From Bacillota bacterium (GTDB taxonomy: Bacteria > Bacillota_I > Bacilli_A > Acholeplasmatales > Acholeplasmataceae), in NCBI GenBank assembly GCA_018818645.1, contig JAHIRQ010000171.1:4778-68777 (forward strand): a DNA stretch of 64,000 nucleotides, read 5' to 3'. A program made the position numbers and the translations under genes. Below the pieces are notes generated by a model. That model made no database searches, was not told the origin of the DNA, and saw nothing but the letters and a program-made list of their open reading frames with translations. Positions 1 through 10,146 of this stretch are shown piece after piece; the stretch's first letter is position 1, and every line of letters starts with the position of its first letter.

Positions 1-930
1 GCAAATGATATTGACTTTACAGGTTTCACATGGACAGTAACAGGAAATGGAACATCATTTGGTGGTGTTTTGAATGGTAATGGGAAGACCATATCAAATA
101 TCACGATTACTGGAGAAGGAACTGGTGTCTATGGTGGTATCTTCCAAAGAACCAATGGTGCAGTCATTCATGATTTAACTATTGATAATGCAAATGTAAA
201 CGCAGTTGGTAGAGTTGGTGTCTTAATTGGTAGAATTGAGACTGCTGAAACTACAATTAACAATGTAGTTATTAAAAACTCATCAGCAGCTGGTACAGCA
301 GGCGAAGGTGTTGGTGTCGTTATCGGTAATGCATCATTGTCATTTACGATTACTAACTTACAAGTTCTTAATTCAACAGCTACGAATACAAATAAGAATG
401 TCGCATTCATTGCTGGTCGTTCAGATCATGCAGCTACAATGACAGATGTTTATATCTTTGGATCGACAGCAGAATCAACAAACTTTTCTACTGATGCTGG
501 TGTTGGTGGAATTATTGGTTATACTAACGCAGCAACTTCAGCAGTTACATTAACAAGAGTAGTGATTGAAGACTCTATTCTTAAGGGAAGATCTGCAGGT
601 TCACTTATTGGATATTTTAGATTTGGTGCTTTAACAGCAACAGATGTTTTAACAGATATAGAGTTTATTTATGCAGGTTCTGATGGACAACATGGTGTTA
701 TCGGTCGTAGAAATGTCGATGCAAATACTACAGACCCAGTATTCACAAATGTTTTTGCACATTTTGTTACTCAACAAGCAGGTGCTGCTATTCAACTTCT
801 ACCAGCATTTGTATTGGCTAACTTAACAGGTTTAGATCAAGCATGGTGGTCAACAAATCTTGGTGGTATTCATAATAGTGCAGCTTGGGAATTTGATTTG
901 GTATCAAAATTCTTCCAGCTACTTCAATAG
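1..930 (+). CDS. C-terminal part of a secreted/surface repeat protein (parallel beta-helix or GLUG-like repeats); the 5' end lies outside the window
   Basis: Frame 1 is open from base 1 (ANDIDFTGFTW...) into tracked ORF 70..930. Periodic G-rich repeat units (GVLIG, GVVIG, AFIAG, GGIIG, GSLIG) occur every ~40-50 aa. A hairpin terminator follows. Confidence 0.5.
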   Translation, partial: ANDIDFTGFTWTVTGNGTSFGGVLNGNGKTISNITITGEGTGVYGGIFQRTNGAVIHDLTIDNANVNAVGRVGVLIGRIETAETTINNVVIKNSSAAGTAGEGVGVVIGNASLSFTITNLQVLNSTATNTNKNVAFIAGRSDHAATMTDVYIFGSTAESTNFSTDAGVGGIIGYTNAATSAVTLTRVVIEDSILKGRSAGSLIGYFRFGALTATDVLTDIEFIYAGSDGQHGVIGRRNVDANTTDPVFTNVFAHFVTQQAGAAIQLLPAFVLANLTGLDQAWWSTNLGGIHNSAAWEFDLVSKFFQLLQ

Positions 931-950
931 AATGAATTAACGATAATAAG

Positions 951-981
951 GGATACCAAAATTCTTGGTATCCCTTTTTTT
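951..981 (+). terminator. Rho-independent terminator
   Basis: GGATACCAA / TTGGTATCC stem followed by a T-run. Confidence 0.65.
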
Positions 982-1081
982 GTAAGTTTCATCTAAAATT
1001 GATTTTCAAAAGAAATCATATTCAAAAAAACATGCTATAATATTTTTAACGATTTGAAAAAAATGAAGATAGGGTGAAGAT

Positions 1082-2686
1082 ATGAAACTCGATTACAAAA
1101 AGACGTTCTACGTTGGTTTAGCATTTTTCATTATCACAATTTTCTGGCAGACATACGATTCAATTATTACAAAGATTCTAATTGACAAATTTGGTCTAAA
1201 CCAAACATGGTCAGGTGTTGTCATGGCACTAGATAACGTACTTGCTTTATTTATGTTACCTTTATTTGGTGCGATATCAGATAGAACCAATCACAAATTA
1301 GGAAGAAGAACTCCTTATGTGATTATAGGGACAGTTGTAGCAGCTTTCGCATTCATCGGCTTATCATTTGTTGATAACTTACAAACCAATAGAATAGAAG
1401 ATACAACGATTATTCAAAGATATGAACTCATTGTTGATTCTCCTGATGAAGTCAAGGAACTTGAGGTTTTCTGGAAAGGTCTCACTCTAGAAATGAGATT
1501 AGAAAGAGTGACTGCACTTGCAGATAGCGAAATTACTCAAGCTAGATTTGATAGTTGGGAATCTAACGTTTACGAGCCCATGAATGAAATTCTAGCGAAT
1601 AATACCGCTTCAACATTAACTGGAATTGATCAGTCTTATCTTGATGGTTATTATCACACCTATTTAAGTGATTTAGCGTGGATGGTAACTGTTGCAAATC
1701 CATTCAATTTTGTTGTTTTCGTTGGAATCTTATTGATAGCGTTAATTGCTATGTCAATATTTAGATCACCAGCTGTATCCTTAATGCCTGATGTCACTAT
1801 GAAGCCATTAAGAAGTAAAGCAAACGCAATCATTAATCTAATGGGAGCAGCTGCTGGTGTGACCTCATTAGTGCTATTGACAGTCTTTGGACTTGGTGGT
1901 AGATCTTATGTGAATTACACAATGGCATTCATTAGTGTAGGGATTATCATGTTATTGGTTCTAGTATTCTTCTTATGGAAGGTTAAGGAACCTAAGTTGG
2001 TTGCTGAAAGAGTAGCACTTGATATTCAACATGGTTTATCTGAAGATGATGATGATGTTCATGACATGAATGATCTTCCAAAAGACAAGAAACTATCTCT
2101 ATATTTAATTTTAATCTCAGTATTCTTATGGTTTATGGGCTATAATGCAGTCATGACGAAGGTATCCGATTATGCACCAAAGATTTTACAACTTCCTTCA
2201 TTCACATTACCATTATTGGTCGCTAATGTTACTGCAATTATTGCATTCATTCCTATTGGTATATTATCAACTAAGTTCGGAAGAAGAAAAACAATTCTTG
2301 CTGGTATCGTCTTATTGACATTATGCTTTGGTTCAGTATTCTTCCTGACAAAAGATACTGGTTGGTTGATGTTTATCATCTTTGGCCTAACTGGTATTGG
2401 TTGGGCAACCATTAACGTCAACTCATATCCGATGGTTGTAGAACTTGCAAAAGGTTCAAATGTTGGGAAATACACAGGGTATTATTACTCATTTTCAATG
2501 GCAGCACAAATTCTAACTCCAATCCTATCCGGATTCTTGATGGATTCTATTCATCAAAAAGCATTATTTCCTTACGCTACATTCTTTGTAGCAACTGCAT
2601 TTATAACCATGTTCTTCACTAAGCATGGTGATTCAAAAGCAGAGAAGAAAACTATTTTAGAAAGTTTCGATGTAGATATGGATTAA
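1082..2686 (+). CDS. MFS-type transporter (GPH/sugar-cation symporter-like) with large hydrophilic insertions
   Basis: Multiple hydrophobic helices. Loop motif GAISDRTNHKLGRRTPY (D-R-x-G-R-R type MFS loop 2-3). RBS AGGGTGAAG lies before the ATG. Confidence 0.7.
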   Translation: MKLDYKKTFYVGLAFFIITIFWQTYDSIITKILIDKFGLNQTWSGVVMALDNVLALFMLPLFGAISDRTNHKLGRRTPYVIIGTVVAAFAFIGLSFVDNLQTNRIEDTTIIQRYELIVDSPDEVKELEVFWKGLTLEMRLERVTALADSEITQARFDSWESNVYEPMNEILANNTASTLTGIDQSYLDGYYHTYLSDLAWMVTVANPFNFVVFVGILLIALIAMSIFRSPAVSLMPDVTMKPLRSKANAIINLMGAAAGVTSLVLLTVFGLGGRSYVNYTMAFISVGIIMLLVLVFFLWKVKEPKLVAERVALDIQHGLSEDDDDVHDMNDLPKDKKLSLYLILISVFLWFMGYNAVMTKVSDYAPKILQLPSFTLPLLVANVTAIIAFIPIGILSTKFGRRKTILAGIVLLTLCFGSVFFLTKDTGWLMFIIFGLTGIGWATINVNSYPMVVELAKGSNVGKYTGYYYSFSMAAQILTPILSGFLMDSIHQKALFPYATFFVATAFITMFFTKHGDSKAEKKTILESFDVDMD

Positions 2687-2691
2687 CAAAT

Positions 2692-2721
2692 AAGGGTGCC
2701 AATCGGCACCCTTAATTTTTT
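2692..2721. terminator. Bidirectional hairpin terminator between convergent genes
   Basis: AAGGGTGCC aatc GGCACCCTT stem flanked by an A-run and a T-run. Confidence 0.6.
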
Positions 2722-3449
2722 GGTTCAAAATATTCAAATACTGAATTGTGATATCTAGATCTTACGAAATCAAGTTCTTCTTGAGTTCTTGCTGCATAAC
2801 TGATGATAGTCATGCCCTTTTTCATTAATTTATCTAAGTACTTGTTTGGCATGTCATAAATTCCATAGCTTACAAAATCTGGTTTCGTAAACCGATTGAA
2901 AAACATTGATTTCATTAAATATTTTGAGATGAAGTTCATTTGCTGATTGTCTTTAAAATACTCTGCGATTTGACCACGAATGACTTCTGGATGGTTATTC
3001 TTAAACCATTGAACTACTTTTGGATGAAATGAAAATACTGCATAAACACCTTGATAATTATTCATAATCTTCATAAAGGATTCGCATAAAAATACTACAT
3101 TTCCATGAGGCTTTAGCTCAATTAACAAGGGGACTTTATTGTCAACCAAGAAGATAACCTCTTCAAGTGTTGCGATATGCTCATTAGTATTAAGCAATTT
3201 TAAGCCTTGAATATCGTCTTTTGTTAAATCAGATAGATCTCTTGGATCATTACATAATCTTTTTAAATTGATATCATGAAATGAAACTACTGTCCCATCC
3301 TTTAATACATTTAAATCAAGTTCAATCGAGTATCCTTTTTCTATCGCTTTGTTAAAGGCTAATAGAGAGTTTTCAGGAATGCTTTTATCTTTTTTATGTA
3401 GTCCGCGATGCGCAATATTATCATGTCTTAGCCAGGTTAAATCTTTCAT
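2712..3449 (-). CDS. Glycerophosphodiester phosphodiesterase family protein
   Basis: N-terminal IAHRGLH...PENSLLAF...IELDL...FHD motifs typical of GDPD enzymes. Confidence 0.8.
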   Translation of the reverse strand: MKDLTWLRHDNIAHRGLHKKDKSIPENSLLAFNKAIEKGYSIELDLNVLKDGTVVSFHDINLKRLCNDPRDLSDLTKDDIQGLKLLNTNEHIATLEEVIFLVDNKVPLLIELKPHGNVVFLCESFMKIMNNYQGVYAVFSFHPKVVQWFKNNHPEVIRGQIAEYFKDNQQMNFISKYLMKSMFFNRFTKPDFVSYGIYDMPNKYLDKLMKKGMTIISYAARTQEELDFVRSRYHNSVFEYFEPKN

Positions 3450-3460
3450 ATCGTCACCCT

Positions 3461-4060
3461 CTAAAAGATACTATAGACTATCATTCCCAAAATAGAAGAT
3501 AGCAATATGATTTTAATTGGTGAAAGTTTCTTGTAGAATATCCCAGCTAGAATAACGATTGTTAAGATGATTAAACTCTTATAATTGAAACCTGTTAAAT
3601 CAAATATCAGCTCATCAAATTTGATGTTTGGAAATATAGCGCGTACAGTTAATCCAATTGAAACGCTAAAGATCAGTCCAATAACAGCAGGTTTAAGTCC
3701 TCTAAATGCTTCAGAAACGAATTTGCTCTGTAAAAATTTACTGCCTAATGAAGCGATGAGTAATATGATAATAAATGAAGGTAGTGCAACTCCTATGGTA
3801 GTTGCCATAGAACCAAGAATTCTAGCTATAAAACCATATTCTCTCATCGCATCGTTGCCGATGAATGTAGCCATATTGATTGCAATTGGTCCTGGTGTGG
3901 ATTCACTAATACCGATGAAATCATAAAGCAGTTCCATCGTAATATATCCTCTACCTACAAGCTCATATTGAATGAGTGGAATCATTGCATACCCACCACC
4001 AAAGGTGAATAGACCTATCTTAAAGAAAATCCAAAATAATTGTAGTAACTCAATTATCAT
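3461..4060 (-). CDS. Chromate transporter (ChrA/CHR family) short-form subunit
   Basis: FTFGGGYAMIPLI motif, polytopic membrane protein, paired with the upstream paralog. Confidence 0.8.
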   Translation of the reverse strand: MIIELLQLFWIFFKIGLFTFGGGYAMIPLIQYELVGRGYITMELLYDFIGISESTPGPIAINMATFIGNDAMREYGFIARILGSMATTIGVALPSFIIILLIASLGSKFLQSKFVSEAFRGLKPAVIGLIFSVSIGLTVRAIFPNIKFDELIFDLTGFNYKSLIILTIVILAGIFYKKLSPIKIILLSSILGMIVYSIF

Positions 4061-4619
4061 CGTTTTTCGCCTCCTTAAGATGAATCACAAAACCATAAAG
4101 GATACCAAAAACAGCACCAAATAATAAAATATATAATACACTGATACTTGTAAAAGTAGCAATTAAAATAGAAAACGATAATATCAAGATACTGAATAGT
4201 GTAAAATGAATCTTTTTTGAAAGTTTGAGTGCAGCCCTAAAGATTAAAACTGCGACACCTGCTTGAATACCGTAAAATGCATAGGAGACAAGTGTTATTT
4301 CTTTAAATTGAATAATAAAGAATGATATAACGGATATAATCAAAAAAGAGGGGATGATTACACCTAAAGTAGCTACAAGTGCTCCCATAAATCCAGCAAT
4401 TTTATAGCCGATAAAGGTTGCAGAGTTGACTGCGAAAACACCAGGAGTAGATTCGGAAATAACAAGAATCCTTAGGATATCCTCGTCATCTACCCAACCT
4501 TCTTTTTCGACAACTTCCTTTCTCATGATGGGCATCATCGCCAATCCACCACCGAAAGTCATTGCTCCAATTTTGAAAAAAACCCAAAAAAGTTCGAATA
4601 AATTATGTTGTTTTTTCAT
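4050..4619 (-). CDS. Chromate transporter (ChrA/CHR family) short-form subunit
   Basis: MTFGGGLAMMPIM motif. Start moved to the internal ATG at 4619 (MKKQHN...), which is preceded by GAGG. It overlaps the downstream paralog by 11 nt. Confidence 0.8.
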   Translation of the reverse strand: MKKQHNLFELFWVFFKIGAMTFGGGLAMMPIMRKEVVEKEGWVDDEDILRILVISESTPGVFAVNSATFIGYKIAGFMGALVATLGVIIPSFLIISVISFFIIQFKEITLVSYAFYGIQAGVAVLIFRAALKLSKKIHFTLFSILILSFSILIATFTSISVLYILLFGAVFGILYGFVIHLKEAKNDDN

Positions 4620-4711
4620 TTTTGATACCTCACAAATATGATTATAACACAAATAAAATAGTTATAATCTTAGATTATGTTATAATACTTTTACCAAAGG
4701 ACGGTAATATC

Positions 4712-6766
4712 ATGAAGAGACTATTCCATATATTTATTATGCTTATCACTATCTTTGCTTTATCAGCTTGCACGGATCAAACTGAAATCAAAGATTTAGT
4801 TCCACCAAACATAACAGTTACTAAAGAATTCACTTATACAATTGGAGACCCTGTCCCTGATTTTTTAGATGGTGTTCAAGCATTGGATTCTGTGGATGGG
4901 GATCTTTCAGATTCAATTATAGTTGATGATACCGATATTGATTACGAAACCTCTGGTATTTATAACCTTAGATATATAGTGAGTGATTTATCAGGAAACA
5001 AAGCTACAAAAACTGTGCAAGTCATAGTCATCGATTCAAATCAAGAAATTGATACTATACCACCAGTTATAATAGGAGCCTCTCATATGACTTATTATAT
5101 TGGTGATCCTGAACCTGATTTTTTAATTAACCTTTCAGCATATGATAATATCGAAGGCAATATTACTTCAAGAATTAGTGTTGAATCCAGTCGAGTAAAA
5201 TATGATACCGAAGGAGACTATCCTGTCACCTACACCGTTACTGATAGTTCAGGCAATACATTTTCGATTACCATTAATATTACAGTATTACATCCAGATA
5301 GCTTAGATAATATTACAAATCTAAACATATTCTATATCAATGATACACATGGAGCGATTTTAAATAATAGCAGTCAACTAGGGCTTGCAAGAATTGGTAA
5401 CCTAATACTAGATGAAAAGGAATTGAATCCAGATAACACTTTATTTATAACAGGCGGAGATATTTTACAAGGCTCTGTCCTATCCAATTATTTCAAAGGG
5501 AGTTCAATGATTGATGTGCTCAATCAAATGTCTTTGGATGCATTTGTCTTAGGGAATCATGAATTCGATTGGGGATTATCAACAGTTACTGAATATTTTA
5601 ATCCAGAAACTTTAGGCATGAAAGCAGAATTTCCATTGCTTGCTGCTAATGTTTTCCTAAAGAACACAACGACAAGACCTGAACATATTGATCCTTATAC
5701 TATTATTCAAAAAGGTAATCTTAAAGTAGGGATTATAGGGCTTATGGGTTATGGATTAGAAAATAGTATTGCAACATCGATGGTAGAAGATTACTACTTC
5801 GATGATCCAATTACTTGGGCAGGTCATTACGCACAACAATTGAGAACAAATCATGATGTGGATGTAGTTTTAGTGGTAGTTCATGGTTCAAGTGGAACAA
5901 CCAACACAGGAATTGGTAATCTTACAGGAAGTCAAAGAGTGGATGCAGTTTTCAATGGGCACTCCCATCAAAGCTATGTCAACAATTTCTTAAGAAGTGG
6001 TGTGACTATGCCAATCATTCAATCAGGAGCGAATGGCACAGCAGTAGGTAGAGTACAAATAGAACTCAATTTAGCAGGTGAGGTTATTGGAGCGACCGCT
6101 AAAAATCTATATCCCGCTACTGTCTATGGAGCAGATCAAGCATTTGAACCAAGATTAACTACAAGCAATCAAGTAATTGCAGACTTAATCTTGACCTATG
6201 TAGAAGAAATATCTCCTCTCTTAAATGAAGTCATTATACAATCAGGAGCTAGTTATTCTAGAGATCAACTCACATATTATATGGCTGAATTGATTCGAGT
6301 ATCAGCAAATGCAGATATTGGTTTCCATAATTTTGGTGGAACTAGAGATAGCCTATCAAGTCTTGAAAATATTACAGTTGCTACACTTTATGATATTTTC
6401 CCATTTGATAATAAGGTAAAAACAGTTTCTTTACTTGGTTCAGATATTAAAGATTTTATTGGTCAAACAGGTGGCGATGTAGCTGCAGCCTACAAGGCAG
6501 GTTTCAGCTATCAGATGATATTAGATAATGAGTATTATTTCGTCTCAACCAATGAGTATATCTTTGACAAAGTAGATAATCCTTTCATTTATGGTGCAAA
6601 CCCTATCGACACTGGAGTTGTCATTCGAGATGTATTAGAGGATGTACTCAGAAATCAAGCAGAAGTTCACGATTATTTCTATATTGAAAATCCAATAGTA
6701 TTATCGAATTCCTATCATACTTATCTCTTTATCGGAGAAGAAAAAAGATTATATTCAGTTATATAA
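4712..6766 (+). CDS. Lipoprotein 5'-nucleotidase/metallophosphoesterase with two N-terminal Ig-like (DUF5011-like) modules
   Basis: Lipobox LSAC after MKRLFHIFIMLITIF. Metallophosphatase motifs NDTHG, GGDILQGS, GNHEFD, GHSH. The tracked start at 4622 was rejected in favour of the ATG at 4712. Confidence 0.75.
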   Translation: MKRLFHIFIMLITIFALSACTDQTEIKDLVPPNITVTKEFTYTIGDPVPDFLDGVQALDSVDGDLSDSIIVDDTDIDYETSGIYNLRYIVSDLSGNKATKTVQVIVIDSNQEIDTIPPVIIGASHMTYYIGDPEPDFLINLSAYDNIEGNITSRISVESSRVKYDTEGDYPVTYTVTDSSGNTFSITINITVLHPDSLDNITNLNIFYINDTHGAILNNSSQLGLARIGNLILDEKELNPDNTLFITGGDILQGSVLSNYFKGSSMIDVLNQMSLDAFVLGNHEFDWGLSTVTEYFNPETLGMKAEFPLLAANVFLKNTTTRPEHIDPYTIIQKGNLKVGIIGLMGYGLENSIATSMVEDYYFDDPITWAGHYAQQLRTNHDVDVVLVVVHGSSGTTNTGIGNLTGSQRVDAVFNGHSHQSYVNNFLRSGVTMPIIQSGANGTAVGRVQIELNLAGEVIGATAKNLYPATVYGADQAFEPRLTTSNQVIADLILTYVEEISPLLNEVIIQSGASYSRDQLTYYMAELIRVSANADIGFHNFGGTRDSLSSLENITVATLYDIFPFDNKVKTVSLLGSDIKDFIGQTGGDVAAAYKAGFSYQMILDNEYYFVSTNEYIFDKVDNPFIYGANPIDTGVVIRDVLEDVLRNQAEVHDYFYIENPIVLSNSYHTYLFIGEEKRLYSVI

Positions 6767-6802
6767 AATGAAATGGCCAATTTTGGCCTTTTCTATTTAT
6801 GA

Positions 6803-6816
6803 TGCAAACGGTTTCA
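6803..6816. promoter_or_regulatory. LacI/MalR-type operator candidate (TGCAAACGGTTTCA), next to an extended -10 (TGaTATAAT, 6828-6836)
   Basis: Matches the TGnAAnCGnTnnCA pattern that recurs in this locus. Lies upstream of the RDD/GH13/DUF1189 operon. Confidence 0.4.
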
Positions 6817-6868
6817 CAAATTGATTATGATATAATGAATTGAAGACTTGAAAAGAGGTATAGGCTAT

Positions 6869-7321
6869 ATGGTTCCATCATTTGAAAAAAGAGTAAGAGC
6901 ATTTTCAATCGATACTTCAGGGGTCACCTTGTTTATCATTTTATCCATTTTTATGGGACAAATAGCACCATTTCTACCATGGGTAGTCAGTGGAGGTGCT
7001 TTCATAGGCTTTTATTTTCTTCCATACTTTATCTCATCTGGACAAACATTTGGAAAAAGAATTCAAAAGATTAAATTAACAAATTTAGATGGTAGTGATG
7101 TAGTGATTTGGCGTGTCATTTTAAGAGAATTGTTTAAACTAACTCTTTCAGCTGCTACATTTGGACTATATCTTGTCATCGCATTTTTCGTTATGAATGA
7201 TAAGACGAGTCGAACTATTCATGACTACATATTTAAAACTAAGGTTATTGACTTAGAAAAGCCAACTGGCAAAAGTAATATTTTAGGCAAGTCTGAATCC
7301 ATGAAAAAAAGAGGTTTCTAA
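6869..7321 (+). CDS. RDD family membrane protein
   Basis: Small 3-TM protein with RAFSIDTSG...GQTFGKRI pattern. The ATG at 6869 follows AAAGAGG. The tracked TTG start at 6848 is less likely. Confidence 0.55.
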   Translation: MVPSFEKRVRAFSIDTSGVTLFIILSIFMGQIAPFLPWVVSGGAFIGFYFLPYFISSGQTFGKRIQKIKLTNLDGSDVVIWRVILRELFKLTLSAATFGLYLVIAFFVMNDKTSRTIHDYIFKTKVIDLEKPTGKSNILGKSESMKKRGF

Positions 7322-8871
7322 TGAAAAAAATAATATCTATATTTACGATAATCTTTCTGCTGATTTTGATGACTGCGTGTGATCAAAATCCAACAGAACC
7401 CAATGAACCAACACCGACACCAACAGAACCAGCAATCAACTTAAGTGAAGTTAATCCAACCAACGATGTTTATTATCAAATCTTTGTAAGATCATTTGCT
7501 GATAGTAATGAAGACGGTATTGGAGACTTAAACGGAATTACAGAAAACCTAGATTACCTAGAAGAACTAGGAATCACTGCTTTATGGTTATTACCAGTCA
7601 ATCCATCGCCTTCTTATCATGGTTATTCAGTCACCGATTATTATGGTATAGAGTCGGATTATGGCACGATGGAGGATTTTGAGAATTTAATTGATGCTGC
7701 TGCATTAAGAAATATAAAGATTGTAATTGATTTAGTCATCAATCATACCTCTGATCAGCATCCTTGGTATCAATCTGCACTTGCATCAACAACTAGCCCA
7801 TATCGTAATTATTATATATGGCAAGGAAATACTGCCTTTGAATCCTTTGTTGGTGGAATGAAGGACTTAAACTTTAAAAATGAAGCAGTCATTGATGAAG
7901 TTAAGAATATTATGGATTTTTATCTTGAAAAAGGTGTTCATGGCTTTAGAGTAGATGCTGCTAAGCATTTACTAGAAGGTATTAATGCTCCATTTGAAAA
8001 TACATTATTATTGCTGGATTTAAATCTTCATATCAAAGAAGAATATCCAAACAGCTTTATTGTTTCTGAAGTATTTGATTATAATTATCTTGCATATGCT
8101 GATTATTATATCGGATCAGATTCAGTATTCAATTTCAATGCTGCATCAAATATATGGGATAAGGTTGGAAACGGAAATAGTAGATATTTACTTGTTTCTA
8201 ATTTGAAAAAAGGATACGATGCATATCGTTATATCGATCCTGAATTCGTTGATTCTCCATTTATTGGAAATCATGATTTAGATCGTTTAGCATCTATGGG
8301 TGGTTTTAGTATTTTCAATACAAAAGAGAAAATCACACTTGCAGCAAGAATCCTCTTAACCCTACCAGGAAGTCCATTCATTTATTATGGTGATGAACTC
8401 GGTATGAAGGGATATCGCTATGAAGGAACTAACATTCCTGGATATGGCATAGTCTATGATGAATATCGCCGTCAACCATTTTTATGGGGGAACTCAGAGG
8501 TTCAAACAACATGGCTACCAAGCGATGGATCGAATGACGATACAGATAACTTAATCGAGCAAAGAGAAGATCAAGATTCTTTATTCAATGCATATAAAGA
8601 AATGATTGAAATTAGAAAGAATAACCCTGCATTGATGTATGGAAATGATTTTTCTGCATATAAAAACAATAATTCCAGCATTCAAGGATATATCAGACAT
8701 TACCAATATGAAACCATCAATCAAGCAGTTTTAGTCATTCATAATCTTTCTTCAGATGCTACATCTATCACTCTCGATTATGAAGAACTTCTTTATGGAA
8801 GTTTAGACATTCCTGCATATGGAACACTGATTGTTACGATTAATCCATCAGAAATAGAGGACTACCGTTAA
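7321..8871 (+). CDS. Extracellular lipoprotein GH13 alpha-amylase/alpha-glucosidase family enzyme
   Basis: Lipobox LMTAC. GH13 regions DLVINHTS, GFRVDAAKH, SEVFD, GNHDLDR. Confidence 0.8.
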   Translation: MKKIISIFTIIFLLILMTACDQNPTEPNEPTPTPTEPAINLSEVNPTNDVYYQIFVRSFADSNEDGIGDLNGITENLDYLEELGITALWLLPVNPSPSYHGYSVTDYYGIESDYGTMEDFENLIDAAALRNIKIVIDLVINHTSDQHPWYQSALASTTSPYRNYYIWQGNTAFESFVGGMKDLNFKNEAVIDEVKNIMDFYLEKGVHGFRVDAAKHLLEGINAPFENTLLLLDLNLHIKEEYPNSFIVSEVFDYNYLAYADYYIGSDSVFNFNAASNIWDKVGNGNSRYLLVSNLKKGYDAYRYIDPEFVDSPFIGNHDLDRLASMGGFSIFNTKEKITLAARILLTLPGSPFIYYGDELGMKGYRYEGTNIPGYGIVYDEYRRQPFLWGNSEVQTTWLPSDGSNDDTDNLIEQREDQDSLFNAYKEMIEIRKNNPALMYGNDFSAYKNNNSSIQGYIRHYQYETINQAVLVIHNLSSDATSITLDYEELLYGSLDIPAYGTLIVTINPSEIEDYR

Positions 8872-9683
8872 TGTTTTTGTTTCGTTATTTTAAATATTCT
8901 TTTCAATTTAAAAAAATACTAACCATACGAAATGAAAAATTTTGGAAAATTGGTATCTATTTTATCATTCTTTCCTTAGTTAATTTATTCCCGATGAATT
9001 ATTTAATAGTTCGAGAACAAGGTTGGAGACTTGACTTCATTGAACAATCGTTTACAAATGAAACTCCAAATTGGGATTTACCTGAGGAATGTGGAATTTC
9101 ATCAAACAAACTTTATTGTATGCAAGAAGATGAGGAATACAATTATACACATCAAGGAATTGACTATATTTTCAATTATCAAGGAACTGATTACGATACT
9201 TCAGTCAAGCAAGTATTATTCACCAAAGATAATATTATTTATACCAATGGTGAAGGTGCTCAAATGATTGGATACGATTATAAAGGCTTTACAGAAGATG
9301 TCAATTTCAGATCTATTAATTTAATGGATAATGAGGATCGAGCAGATGCTTATATAAAGCTTGGAACACAAATTGAGCAAACCTTTGGTCCATATATCAT
9401 TTTTTATACAATCATGGTAAATACACTCATTTCCTTAGGATTAAACATATTATTCATTCTATTACTTTCCTTAGTCCTTCAACTCTTTAGATTTGGATAC
9501 TCTACATTTTTTACCTACAAAGAATCACTTAAATTCTTAGTCTTAATGATGGGATTACCAGCATTATTAAGCTTTTTAGTTGGTTTAATTGAACCAGCAT
9601 TCTCCCCTGTTTTCTTCCAGTTTGGAATGGGTCTAGCGACGATGCTAACCATGTTAATCTACGGTAAAAAAGTTTTCGCTTAA
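8871..9683 (+). CDS. Polytopic membrane protein, DUF1189/YvdJ-like (maltodextrin-operon associated)
   Basis: Gene context and topology resemble the YvdJ-type protein of Bacillus maltodextrin operons. The start overlaps the upstream stop (TAATG). Confidence 0.45.
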   Translation: MFLFRYFKYSFQFKKILTIRNEKFWKIGIYFIILSLVNLFPMNYLIVREQGWRLDFIEQSFTNETPNWDLPEECGISSNKLYCMQEDEEYNYTHQGIDYIFNYQGTDYDTSVKQVLFTKDNIIYTNGEGAQMIGYDYKGFTEDVNFRSINLMDNEDRADAYIKLGTQIEQTFGPYIIFYTIMVNTLISLGLNILFILLLSLVLQLFRFGYSTFFTYKESLKFLVLMMGLPALLSFLVGLIEPAFSPVFFQFGMGLATMLTMLIYGKKVFA

Positions 9684-9740
9684 AAAATAAAAAAGAAGGA
9701 AACCTAAGTTCCCTTCATAAGGCGCTTCATGCGTCTTTTT

Positions 9741-10142
9741 TTATGCTAATTTTAAGGCGTTTGTACCAAGTGATAATCCAGGATTTTCAAGGGATTGATT
9801 GATATTGAACAAATGATTGCCATAGGAATTATTATTTGCTGTAAAATCTGCTTCACTTGCATAAAGATAAACTCTTAAAGTGAAAGATCTTCCATCAATC
9901 ATATCGAAATGCTTTTCATAGGTTTGACTTGCTATCGATAAAGTAATTTCTAATAATTCATCTAAGGTTTCAATTTCAATACCAACAACGACATGAACTT
10001 GAATCATCGTACCAATAACAGTTTCTTCTTGAATTTCTACTGTGATATCTTCTGGTTCTAATATTGGAGTTTCATCTGGTTTACAAGAGATAAGACTAAA
10101 GATGAGAGCCAACATAAATAGTAATATAGTTATTTTTCTCAT
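9741..10142 (-). CDS. Small lipoprotein, unknown function, co-transcribed downstream of the pullulanase
   Basis: Signal plus lipobox LISC. Lies 4 nt after the pullulanase stop. Confidence 0.5.
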   Translation of the reverse strand: MRKITILLFMLALIFSLISCKPDETPILEPEDITVEIQEETVIGTMIQVHVVVGIEIETLDELLEITLSIASQTYEKHFDMIDGRSFTLRVYLYASEADFTANNNSYGNHLFNINQSLENPGLSLGTNALKLA

Positions 10143-10146
10143 TGTC

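Noticed and set aside
168-410. Antisense or alternate-frame ORFs nested inside long, well-supported genes. Examples: 168-410, 1108-1290, 2170-2475, 3585-3926, 4426-4641, 9031-9267, 10530-10721, 14260-14451, 14554-14745, 15746-15928, 17930-18355, 22658-22855, 25016-25225, 26347-26631, 28204-28449, 28468-28656, 29655-29843, 35737-36024, 36766-36990, 38524-38715, 44226-44432, 46322-46525, 46741-46926, 48092-48274, 50499-50684, 50837-51070, 52141-52341, 52855-53037, 56250-56498, 56565-56747.
   Set aside because: Each lies wholly within a longer ORF that has clear family motifs. None has an RBS, and their low-complexity translations are typical of shadow ORFs in AT-rich DNA.
3461-4619. Possibility that the two chromate-transporter genes are a split pseudogene
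   Set aside because: Paired short-form CHR genes are a known normal arrangement. Both have the family FGGG motif, their own starts and intact frames.
4622-4711. N-terminal extensions of tracked ORFs (starts at 4622, 4652, 6848, 13155, 16551, 20365, 28946, 30751, 35259, 39769, 43157, 48614)
   Set aside because: In each case an internal ATG or GTG is preceded by a good Shine-Dalgarno sequence. That start gives a canonical signal peptide or family-typical N-terminus. The extension runs through promoters, terminators or the T-box.
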